This document shows positions 1 to 10,447 of a DNA stretch of 64,000 nt, in pieces. A program made the position numbers and the translations under genes. The first letter of the stretch is position 1. Each line of letters opens with the position of its first letter. This DNA comes from Felis catus (Eukaryota), in contig NC_058368.1 of the NCBI RefSeq assembly GCF_018350175.1, positions 117,182,001 to 117,246,000 of the forward strand, written 5' to 3'. The notes beneath the pieces are model-generated. The model had not been told where the DNA came from. It saw nothing but the letters and a program-made list of their open reading frames with translations, and searched no databases.

Positions 1-335
1 ATCTATATACACATATATACAACATTTACATGTAAGTGTTTACACATGTAAGCTTGGCTCTGAGCATGAAAATTCTATTTTGAGTTTTGATGAGTGGTAA
101 TATGTTTCAATTATGTTGATTATTTCAACTTTGTGTAATTTATTTATATTACCAAAACAGATATACTGATTGCCTTTTTACTACTAGATTCTTTTGGGAG
201 AGGAAACGTAGAGTACACCTTTTTTCTTAAGTTCTACACATATTTTCTGTTTCTACCATGAAGTCATTTGATTGTTCTGAAGAAATAGTTGAATTGTTGA
301 ACTGGTATTATTTTCTTTTATTCTTTTACTGGTAC

Positions 336-339
<4 letters not shown>

Positions 340-379
<40 letters not shown>
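340..379. repeat. (GT)n microsatellite
   Basis: Perfect GT dinucleotide run of about 20 units. Confidence 0.95.
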
Positions 380-381
<2 letters not shown>

Positions 382-1083
382 AAGATTTCTTAATGTAGTA
401 AATTCACCTGCAGAAATAATTTTGATCCAGTGCTTCTCAAAAAGTTATTTTCAAATTGGCTAAACATGCTTACATTTTTCAGATATACTAATGTGAAATA
501 GTTTGTGAATATTTGGACTTTATGAGACTGATTTATCTGGTATTCCTATTTGGTGTTTCCTTTTTGTTGTTGTTTGTTTTCAATATGCCTATGAGTCATG
601 GATTCCTTTTTTATTTCCTTTGAAAACTCATTTTGTAATATATATAAGTATATTCAATCCTTATATTCAGAACCAACTTGTTATTGAAACCCTGGTAGTT
701 ACCTAATGACATATGTGTTATCTGAAACACTGCATAAGAAAGTCAAGTGAGGAAAGGAGACTTACTGAAGATATTTGAACACAGGAATCATCTCCATACT
801 CAATTCAGCTCAGCACTCTCATACCACTTATAGATGTTTGGCCCAGGTTATTAACATATTCATGTTCCCTTTCAAGTTTTCTTTTCTCATTTAGTAATTG
901 ACCTTAATGTATTTAGCTATAATTGAGTTTCTAATATTTTGGCAAAAAGAATTTCAACTGTAGGAAAGGGATATCCTGCAACAGATGCTTGACATTCTTG
1001 ATGTCAAGAAAAATTTTAGAGTGTTTCAAGCATGTAGGGATAAAATTTATGCCTGTGGAATTCCAAACTGAGAAAACAGATTT

Positions 1084-1284
1084 GGAGTGCCCTGGGTGGC
1101 CCAATTGGAGCATCTCACTCTTGGTTTCAGCTCAGGTTACGATCTCATGGTCCGTAGGATCGAACCCCATGACAGCATGGAGACTTCTTGAGATTCTCTC
1201 TCCTTCTCGCTCTCTGACCCTCCCCCACTCACATGTGGGTGCTCTCTCTCTCTCTCTCTCTCAAAAATAAATAAAGTTTAAAAA
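1084..1284 (+). mobile_element. Can-SINE (tRNA-derived carnivore SINE)
   Basis: Degenerate GGGGCGCCTGGGTGGCTCAG head, (CT)n tract and AATAAA/A-tail, flanked by the TSD-like pair aaaacagatt/aaaacagact. Confidence 0.85.
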
Positions 1285-2090
1285 GAAAACAGACTTGAGG
1301 CATTTTACTTGAATTGAAAGCAGACGAATAAAAGGACATGAGTTATTTTGTATAAAACATAGTCTGAACAGTTAGGAGCTGGCAACCAAAATCTTGGAGA
1401 ACAAAAGGAAAGGTTACCTTTGAAACTTGAGATTAAGAAGATGGTTATTTTGATTCAGAGGTAGTGATAAACTTCTATTAAGGTACAACATGTGGTCCAG
1501 TTAAATAGAAGGATAAAAATAAAACACTCTCACGTTTTGCATGTCATTAAATTCCTATGGTACCTACTAGGGTATACTTTTATATTGTTATGGTGAAAGT
1601 GTAAAACACTTGATAATCCTTTTCAAAAATTTCTTTTATAAGGAGCAAGGAAAACTATATATCTTTGGTCAACCTCATCCTGAGTATGTCCTATATAGAT
1701 TTGAGCTCTCCTCCAGTTTCCTCTGGAAAAATTAGGAGGAAAATTATCTGCACATCAGATTGAAAATAATACTGGGGGGTAGTTCATGGCTGCAAACATT
1801 TCCCCATATCACTTGGTGAGGCTGTTTTACCATGTGGTCTATGTTCTAAATCTGGAGAGAAGACTTGGCTTTGTTCTTCCAGTATGTGCATTGCCTCTGA
1901 TTAGAAGAAGATAAACTTTTCTCATACTTGGTTAATGGCTCTTCTATAGAATCAAATCTCTAATGAATCTTCTTTGGTAGTAAACACTGGAAAAGAGACA
2001 CATCCAAAACTCATATATTGCCTTGTTCTGTATACCTGAGTCCAACAAATCTGACAGAATAGCAAATCCCATTGTTTGCAAGGCTTTGGA

Positions 2091-2133
2091 CTGCAATTTT
2101 CTAAGTAGACTCTGAGCGCCGCTGTTGGCCAAT
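2091..2133 (+). promoter_or_regulatory. Protocadherin conserved sequence element (CSE; forward CTCF site with CGCT box) plus CCAAT, gamma-B8 promoter
   Basis: ctgcaattttctaagtagactctgagcgccgctgttggccaat: TGCAAT module at 2092, CGCT at 2120, CCAAT right after. It lies ~250 bp upstream of the ATG and has the same layout as the elements at 6208 and 38187. Confidence 0.85.
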
Positions 2134-2375
2134 GCGCTGCAAGAGCAGGAGTCCACGATCTACCTAAGTAATTTTCTGCGCAGTCACGGAAGCAAGTCTG
2201 AAAGGAGATGAAGCCCACACATAGACTCTCTGCTCAGCAAATGATTTTGGAATACAGATTGGGATGCCTTGAAATTGAGGACATTGAGTTTTCTACGTAT
2301 TGGCAGTAAATATTTTAAACACAATTCGTAAAGCATCTTCTCTTAACATCAGAGGCTGTGGCAGCGCAGAAAAGG

Positions 2376-4793
2376 ATGGGAACTAGGGCGAAGCAGAGGA
2401 GATACACCTGGCAGCGGCAAGTACTCTTTCCCTTCCTGCTGCCTTTGTTCTGTGGGGGGCTCTCTGAGCAGATCCGCTACTCTATTCCGGAAGAAATGGC
2501 CAGGGGCTCAGTGGTAGGGAACCTTGCTGAAGACCTGGGACTGCATGTACAGGATTTATTGACCCGCAACTTCAGAGTTAGTGCAGAGAAACAATACTTT
2601 ACCGTGAACACAGAGAATGGCAACATACTTGTGAGTGACAGAATAGATAGGGAGTTGCTCTGTCCCCCAAACCCTCTGTGTGTCCTGCCCTTAGAGATTG
2701 TGGCAGATAATCCTCTAAATGTTTTTCACATATCTGTGAGGATAGAAGATATAAATGACAATCCACCTTATTTCCCCCAAAATAGCATTGTTTTAAAAAT
2801 CAATGAACTTGCAATTCTTGGAACTCGATTTGGTTTGGAATCTGCTATAGATGCAGATGTAGGACCTAACTCTCTCCAGAATTACCAACTCAGCTATAAT
2901 GAGTATTTCTCTCTGATGGTGAAGGATAAGACCGAAGGCAAGAATGCCCCAGAATTAATATTGGAGAAGCCGCTGGACCGGGAACATCAGAGCTCCCATC
3001 TTCTGGTCCTGACCGCAGTGGATGGAGGTGACCCAGTCCGAAGTGGCACCGTTCAAATCAAGATTGAGGTCACCGATGCCAATGATAACCCCCCAGTGTT
3101 CAGTCAGGATGTGTACAAAGTTAACCTTCCAGAGAACTTGCCCTCAGGCACCTCTGTGCTAAAGGTGACAGCCATCGACCAGGATGAGGGCATAAATGCA
3201 GAGATCACCTACTCCTTCAAAACAGTAAGAGATATTGGAAATATGTTTATGCTTGACCATCAAAGTGGGGAAATTAAATCCAAAGGTCCTATAGACTTTG
3301 AAAACAGTAGTAGTTATACCATGAGTATAGAAGCCAAGGATGGTGGAGGCATGGCCACTGAATGTAAAATTATAATAGAAATTTTAGATGAGAATGACAA
3401 TGCCCCAGAGGTCATTTTCACTTCGGTGTCAAGTTCCATAACTGAGGACACAGAACAGGGGATGGTGATTGCTCTGTTCAAAACACATGACAAAGATTCG
3501 GGAGAAAATGGAGAGGTCACATGCCTCATAAAAGAAAAAGTTCCTTTTAGAATAGAATCTTCTGCCAATAATTACTACAAACTTGTAACAGATGGGGCCC
3601 TGGACCGGGAGAAGACCCCTGTGTACAACGTCACCATCACAGCTACTGACAGGGGAAAGCCGCCTCTTTCCTCTAGCTCAAGCATCACTGTGCACATCGC
3701 AGATGTCAACGACAATGCGCCCATTTTCGAACAGCCGTTCTATATGGTGCACATTGCCGAGAACAACCCTCCAGGAGCCTCCATCGCCCAAGTCAGCGCC
3801 TCCGACCCCGACCTGGGACCCAACGGCCACGTCTCCTACTCCATCGTGGCCAGCGACCTGGAGCCGCGGGCGCTGGCGTCCTACGTGTCCGTGAGCGCGC
3901 AGAGCGGCGTGGTGTTCGCGCAGCGCGCCTTCGACCACGAGCAGCTGCGCGCCTTCGAGCTGACGGTGCAGGCCCGCGACCAGGGCTCTCCCGCGCTCAG
4001 CGCCAACGTGAGCCTGCGCGTGTTGGTGGGCGACCGCAACGACAACGCGCCTAGGGTGCTGTACCCGGCGCTGGGGCCCGACGGCTCGGCGCTCTTCGAC
4101 ACGGTGCCGCGCGCCGCGCAGCCCGGCTACCTGGTCACCAAGGTGGTGGCGGTGGACGCCGACTCGGGACACAATGCGTGGCTGTCGTACCATGTGCTGC
4201 AGGCCAGCGAGCCCGGACTCTTCAGCCTGGGGCTGCGCACGGGCGAGGTGCGCACTGCGCGTGCTTTGGGCGACAGGGACGCGGCCCGCCAGCGCCTGCT
4301 GGTCGCCGTGCGAGACGGGGGGCAGCCGCCCCTCTCTGCCACCGCCACGCTGCACCTGGTTTTCGCCGACAGCCTCCAAGAAGTACTGCCGGATGTCAGC
4401 GACCGTCCGGAGCCCTCTGACCCCCAGGCCGAGCTGCAGTTTTACCTGGTGGTGGCTTTGGCCTTGATCTCGGTGCTCTTCCTCCTTGCGGTGATTCTGG
4501 CGGTGGCCCTGCGCCTGCGATGCTCCATCACCCAAACTGCCTGGAACTGCATTCAACCTGGTTTCTGTCATAAGATTGGACCAGGAGTTTCTCCCACCTA
4601 TAATCCTGAAACTTCGCCTTATTCCTACAATACGTACATTGCCTCCGATTCTCAGAAAACACGGCTTAATTTTCTAACTATGACGTCAGAAATGGGTCCC
4701 CGAGGAGATCTCTCTAATGAAGCTTCTTTGGTAATAAGTGTCACTGAGGAGAATAACAAATTAAGCTCTAACGCTGCTGCTGCTTCTGCCCAT
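2376..4793 (+). CDS. PCDHGB8: Protocadherin gamma subfamily B variable exon (signal peptide, EC1-EC6, TM, variable cytoplasmic domain); positional ortholog of mouse Pcdhgb8 / human PCDHGB8P
   Basis: Uninterrupted ORF. The ATG at 2376 (MGTRAKQ...) is preferred over the GTG at 2358. It has QIRYSIPEE, DxNDN linkers, DRE/DFE/DHE motifs, gamma-B-type EC5/6 (AQRAFDHEQLRAF, LYPALGPDGSALFD) and TM ELQFYLVVALALISV. Phase-0 donor CAT|GTGAGT at 4793/4794 gives 806 codons; unspliced read-through stops at 4811. The subfamily is secure; the number 8 comes from its position just upstream of A12. Confidence 0.85.
3760..4520. other. Exonic CpG/GC-rich block over EC5-EC6-TM of gamma-B8
   Basis: Abrupt switch from AT-rich codons to CpG-rich, GC3-rich codons, and back to AT-rich at ~4525. 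Confidence 0.8.
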
Positions 4794-6156
4794 GTGAGTT
4801 TCAATACGTAGGTTTGGTTTTTAATTTTAAAACTATTTTGGCAAAAAAAATCTTAAATCATATGTTCTATCACTTCGTTTGCCCACTCAATATTTTCTGT
4901 TCCTTTCTGTGTGGACCCGTAACTTCATTATTAGCCCTCAAGTATTTTGAAATATTTTGACTATTTCACCTGAGATAGTCTTTACCCCGCCACCCCCCCC
5001 CCCCCCCCCACAAATCTCTTTTACTGTGAGAAGTGGGTATTATGATGTTGTTGCCACAGAAATATTTGTAGCTGAAACATAAATGTTTTCTTCCTGTGGG
5101 TGTTTACCTTTCTCAGAACATTGATATCTTGAATATATAAGGCTTCTTCTTTATAGCTACAAAGTGAGAGGAAAATGCACAAGGTTGTTTGTTTTTTTTT
5201 AAAGGACAGAGTAATGATTTGACAATATTCAGGTATGTTTGCTAGAGATTTTTTGAATCCCCCTGAATAGGCTAATTTTCTTCTCAATCTTTTCTCAGAA
5301 CTACCTGCAGATTTCCTCCCAGTTTTAAAGATACATTGTGGTATGCCTGCCAAACATGCTTTTCATCAGAATCTAAATGTTTACATTCATGAAAGCAGAG
5401 TAGCGAGAATTTTTCTTGTATTTTGGTGGGCTTTTGAATGTATTACCATTTTCAGTAATTGGAATTGGGTTTGTTACTCAGAAAAAGGTAAGTTTGTAAT
5501 ATTCTTTGGATTGCTAATTTTCTCAAACACTATTTTGTAATATAATGTATTAGTAAGTTGTGAAGTACTACCCTCATTTCCCATAAATGCAAGTTGAAAT
5601 GCTTCCATTTTGTCCTAAAAATGTTGATGTGTCTTACTCAGTTGACTTCTTGTCAGTGTGCTTCTGATAATGTATACAATTCCATTTCTTATTTTTAGGT
5701 TTCCAGGTTGTGAAATTTTTATTTTTAAATATTAGATGTTAACACCCTATAAAACAACAATAGTTCTATATAGGTAACTTTGAGAATCTGTTAAAAAACT
5801 GCCACCTATCACAGCAAGTGAGAAAGTTTATTCTATTAAAGGATATCTGAAAACAGTAATTTCCTAGGGAGATGTCACATAATAGGTGTCTTTTTGGGGT
5901 GGTGATATCAAATTAGGTGCACTAAAATTATAAGGTTGAAATTACTTTGTATAGAAACTTCAGATTCATTTAAAAGCTCATTGAGAAAGACAGAATACAC
6001 CTACAGCTACAGAAAATAATCTCAAGAAAGTGACTCTGTATGAAAAATTTTAGAGAAATAAAAATAAGCTCGGAAATAAAAATAAGCTCACTGAAGTTTC
6101 TATTAAAAGGAACACTGTAGTTTTTTACTTGGCCCTACTTCCATGCCTATTTGAAG

Positions 6157-6173
6157 AACAGTAGGTGGCGCTA
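6157..6173 (+). promoter_or_regulatory. Candidate additional forward CTCF core motif
   Basis: aacagtaggtggcgcta closely matches the CTCF core consensus CCAGCAGGTGGCGCTA. Confidence 0.55.
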
Positions 6174-6206
6174 TTTAAGGTACAAAAACCAAAAATCCTC
6201 AAGATC

Positions 6207-6250
6207 GTGCAGTAACTGGTTAGGGCTCTGAGCACCGCTGTTCACTAATC
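6207..6250 (+). promoter_or_regulatory. CSE (CTCF site with CGCT box) of the psi-gamma-A12 promoter
   Basis: gtgcagtaactggttagggctctgagcaccgctgttcactaatc: TGCAGT at 6208 and CGCT at 6236, the same 28-nt spacing as in B8 and C3. It lies ~200 bp upstream of the ATG at 6438. Confidence 0.8.
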
Positions 6251-6437
6251 AGGAAAAGAACAACAGAGTTCCTGCTTGCCTCCTGCTTGCCCCGGAGGGG
6301 CGTGAAGCGCAAAACACAGATAGAAGCTAACCATCTCAGGATTGTGAAGAAACTGTTGGATTCTGAAGACTGGAAAAGCTGGACCTTACTTCGGTAGTCA
6401 AGGGAAGAAGTGAAAATAATCTTGGAGGAAAGTGACA

Positions 6438-9419
6438 ATGATTCCTAGGCGACTGCAAAGGGCTTGTCTTGCTGGGAGTTCTCCTGGGGATTCTGTGGGA
6501 AACCAGATGAACCCAAATTCACTATTCAGTTCCTGAGGAGCTGGAGAAAGGCTCTAGGGTGGGCAACATCGTCAAGGACCTGGGGTTGGAGCCCTGGGAG
6601 CTAGCGGAGCGCAGAGTCCGTATAGTCTCCAGAGGTAGGACTCAGCTTTTCGCTCTAAACCCCTGAAGCGGCAGCCTTATCTCTGCAGACAGGATAGACA
6701 GGGGTCTTCAAGTGTCAATTAAATCTGGAGATTCTGTTGGAAGATAAAGTAAAAATATGCGAGGTAGTGATAGAAGTGAGAGACATTAATGATAATGCCC
6801 CCTATTTCCGGGAAGATGAATTAGAAATAAAAATGAGTGAAAACGCAGCCACTGGGTTGCAGTTCCCGCTTCCCCACGCTTGGGATCCGGATATCGGGAA
6901 GAACTCTCTTCAGAGCTACGGACTCAGTAGTAATAATACTCACTTCTGCCTGGACGTGCAAAGCGGAGTGGATGGTAACAAGCATCCAGAACTGGTTTTG
7001 GAGCGCACCTTGGACCGGGAGCAGAAGGCTGTTCATCACCTGGTTCTCACAGCCTCCGATGGGGGGTGACCCAGTGCGCACAGGCACTGAGCGAATTCGT
7101 GTGATGGCAGCTGATGTGAATGGCAACGCACCAATATTTGCTCAGTCCGAGTACCGCGTGAGCGTTCCAGAGAATATGGTGGTGGGCACTAAGCTGCTTC
7201 TGTTAAGGGCCGCCGACTCTGACGAAGGAGCCAATGCGGAAGTGACATTCCTTCTGTTATGTAGACTACAATGCGGCCCCAGTTTTCAAACTAGATGCTA
7301 ATTTAGGGACAATTTCAACAATAGGGGACCTGAACCATGAGGAATCGAGATTCTACGAGATGGAAAGGCAAGCAATGGATAAAACAGGATATTCTGCAGG
7401 AGCCAAAGTCCTGATCATAATATTGGATGTAAATGATAATGCCCCTGAAATAATTGTCACCTCTCTCTCCAGCTCCATTCTGGAAAACTCTCCCAGAGGG
7501 ACATTAATTGTCCTTTTAAATGTAAATGATCAAGACTCTGGGCAAAGTGGACAAGTGACCTGTTTCATCCGAGAGTATGTGCCATTTAAATTATAACAGT
7601 CTTGTGGAAATTACTATACATTAGTGACAGACACACTCCTAGACTGAGAACAGGTTCCTAGATACATCACGGTGATCGCCAGTGACAGAGGAAGTCCTCC
7701 CCTGTCCACAGAAACTCACGTCTCACTGAAAGTAGCAGACACCAAAGACAACCTGCCCGCCTTCTCCGACACTTTCTAATCTACCTATATTGCAGAGAAC
7801 AACCCTAGAAGAGCCTCCATAAGGTTCCTCAAAAAATTAAAAATAGACCTACCCTATGACCCAGCAGTAGCACTGCTAGGAATTTACCCAAGGGATACAG
7901 GAGTACTGATGCATAGGGCCACTTGTACCCCAATGTTTATAGCAGCACTCTCAACAATAGCCAAATTGTGGAAAGAGCCTAAATGTCCATCAACTGATGA
8001 ATGGATAAAGAAATTGTGGTTTATATACACAATGGAGTACTACGTGGCAATGAGAAAGAATGAAATATGGCCCTTTGTAGCAACGTGGATGGAACTGGAG
8101 AGTGTTATGCTAAGTGAAATAAGCCATACGGAGAAAGACAGATACCATATGGTTTCACTCTTATGTGGATCCTGAGAAACTTAACAGAAACCCATGGGGG
8201 AGGGGAAGGGAAAAAAAAAAGAGGTTAGAGTGGAAGAGAGCCAAAGCATAAGAGACTCTTAAAAACTGAGAACAAACTGAGGGTTGATGGGGGGAGGGAG
8301 GGAGGAGAGGGTGGGTGATGGGTATTGAGGAGGGCACCTTTTGGGATGAGCACTGGGTGTTGTATGGAAACCAATTTGACAATAAATTTCATATATTGGA
8401 AAAAAAAAGAAATACATGACAAGGTAAAAAAAAAAAAATGGCCTACGACCCCGACTATGGAGAGAACGCCCAGGTCACTTACTTCCTAGCCAAGAACACC
8501 CTCCCTGGACCACCGCTATCCTACATTTCCATCAACTCCAACACTGGCGTTCTGTATGCACTGCGTTCCTTCGGCTATGAGCAGTTCCAAGACATGCAGC
8601 TACAAGTGATGGCGCGTGACAGCGGCGATCCTCCACTCAGCATCAATGTGTCTCTGAGCCTGTTCGTGGTGGACCAGAATGACAACGTGACAGAAGTCCT
8701 GTACCCCACCCTCTCCACTGACGTTTCCACAGGCGTGGAGCTGGCACCACGATCCACAGAGCCCGGCACCTTGGTGACCAAGGTGGTGGCGGTGGACAAC
8801 CACTCTGGTCAGAACACCTGGCTGTTCTACAGTCTGCTCAAGGCTAGCGAGCCAGGGCTCTTTGCGGTGGGGCTGCACACGGGCGAGGTGCTCACTGCAC
8901 GGGCCCTGCTGGACAGCGATTCGCTCAAGCAGAGCCCGGTGGTGGCTCCAGCCCCCTCTGTCGGCCACCATCACGCTCACCGTGGCCTTCGCCGACAGCA
9001 TCCTAGACTTCTGGCTGATCTGGGCAATGTCCAGCCTCCAGCTGACCCTGACTCTTCAGACCACACGCTGTACTTGGTGGTGGCCGTAGCCGCAACCTCC
9101 TGCTTCTTCCACGTCATTGTTATCGTGCGGCTGGCGCTCAGTCTGAGGCGCTGGCACGCCTCGAGTCGGCTCCAGGGTTCAAGAGGCGGGCTGGTGGGCG
9201 TGTCCGCCTCGCGCTTTGTGGGCGTGGACAGGGTGCGCGCTTTCCCGCAGACATATTCCACGAGGTTTCCCTCCCCGCGGACTCTCGCGGGAATCACGTG
9301 ATCTTCCCACAGCCTGATGATGCAGACACGCGCCTGAGCCGGGAGTGCAGTGGGAGAAACGACCCTCTTCTGCTGTTAGGTAGTTGGCATTTTCTAAATA
9401 TAACTATCCATTAATGAAT
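6438..9419 (+). pseudogene. PCDHGA12: Protocadherin gamma A12 variable exon pseudogene (multiple stops, frameshifts and an L1 insertion)
   Basis: Begins MIP..., with pieces matching recalled A12 sequence ([71 protein letters not shown]). In-frame stops at 6508, 6664, 7594, 7645 and 7777. Frameshifts at ~6456, ~6700, ~7066, ~7248, ~8947, ~9010 and ~9259. L1 inserted at 7822-8438. The 3' end is inferred from homology, and the donor looks degenerate (AAT|GTATAT at ~9420). Confidence 0.9.
7822..8438 (+). mobile_element. 5'-truncated feline LINE-1 (ORF2 C-terminus, 3'UTR, poly-A) inserted in psi-A12
   Basis: ORF 7909-8175 (CTPMFIAALSTIAKLWKEPKCPSTDEWIKKLW...) is the L1 ORF2p C-terminus. It is followed by a G-rich 3'UTR, AATAAA at 8381 and A-tails. 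Confidence 0.95.
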
Positions 9420-9679
9420 GTATATTCAGTATATATTCAGCATTGATAAAGTACACACTAAAAAATTTGTATACGCGTGGCAGACACCAGTGACCAACCT
9501 GGAGGTCTTCTCTCAGGGCTCCCATCACGCCTTCTCTCACGCCTTATTTGTGATAGTGTTTGTATATTATAATATTATAACCACTCTAGTACTTTGTTAG
9601 TATCCTGTGTAATTTTTCTAATTAACAAGATATGCCTGCTTTTAATTGGTCTTTTTATTTACCATTGGCCGTGCAACAT

Positions 9680-9861
9680 TTTTTAAAATGTTAATTTTTG
9701 AGAGCATGCAAACAGGGGAGGGGCAGAGAAGGGGGGACAGAGGATCTGAAGTGGGCTCTGTGCTGACAGCAGCAAGCCAGATGGGGCCTGGAACTCAGAA
9801 ACTGCTAGATTATGAACTGAGCAAAAGTCCGGGGCCAACTGACTGAGCCACCCAGGTGCCC
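9680..9861 (-). mobile_element. Can-SINE
   Basis: Reverse-complement head (ctgagccacccaggtgccc) at the right end and a T-rich tail at the left. Confidence 0.85.
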
Positions 9862-9922
9862 GTACATAACATTTTTATGTTGAACAGCTGATGCTAGTTT
9901 ATCCGTTAAAAACACAAATTCT

Positions 9923-10043
9923 TGGAGCACCTGGGTGGCTCAGTGGGTTAAGTGTTGGTTTCTTGATATCAGCTCAGGTCTTGATCTCAGGGTCCTGAGT
10001 TCAGGCCCTATGTTGGGCTCTCTGCTGGCGAAGAGCCTACTTA
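9923..10043 (+). mobile_element. Can-SINE (short/older type)
   Basis: ggagcacctgggtggctcagtgggttaag head, with B-box-like gagttcagg. Confidence 0.8.
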
Positions 10044-10333
10044 CACACACATTCTTGTAGATAAATTCACTGTAATTTATAAAAAGCATAAATGAAATTT
10101 TTAATAAACTTTTATGGGTAGAGGGGCTTCTAACTACATATGAAATTGCTAACAAATTAATGAAGTGCATTTAATTTCTTTTAACGTGAAGTAATTCTGG
10201 TCATTAGTAATGCATACATTTGTACTTTCTCAGGTCTTAAGTCATTACATGGTTTCATACAATTCTTGAACTTAAAAATACACCAAGTTGATTTCCTACA
10301 TGCTTAAAACTGTCTCAGTGAAATATGCAAACA

Positions 10334-10447
10334 GGGGCAACTGGCTGGCTTAGTTGGTAGATCATGTGACTCTTGATCTTGAGGTTGTTTGAGCCCCATG
10401 TTGAGTATAGCGATTACTTAAAAATAAAATCTTAAAAAAATAAAAAA
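10334..10447 (+). mobile_element. Can-SINE (short type)
   Basis: SINE head and tail, with perfect TSD gaaatatgcaaaca at 10320 and 10448. Confidence 0.85.

Noticed and set aside
2358..2375. GTG start from the ORF track (likewise TTG at 38427 for C3)
   Set aside because: In-frame ATGs at 2376 and 38436 give the expected N-termini for a mammalian gene.
3678..4571. 297-aa antisense ORF, plus other overlapping ORFs inside the cadherin exons
   Set aside because: It is a shadow of the GC-rich sense codons, has no recognisable domain, and coincides with the GC block.
4984..5009. Poly-C run after the B8 donor, and G/C runs at ~51068-51092 and ~53815-53850 (G-quadruplex potential)
   Set aside because: Such homopolymer-like runs are common and error-prone in assemblies, and nothing else here supports a function.
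8438..9301. 287-aa ORF starting at the ATG at the L1 poly-A junction
   Set aside because: It has no signal peptide, moves in and out of the cadherin frame through frameshifts, and has damaged Ca-binding motifs, so it is pseudogene residue.
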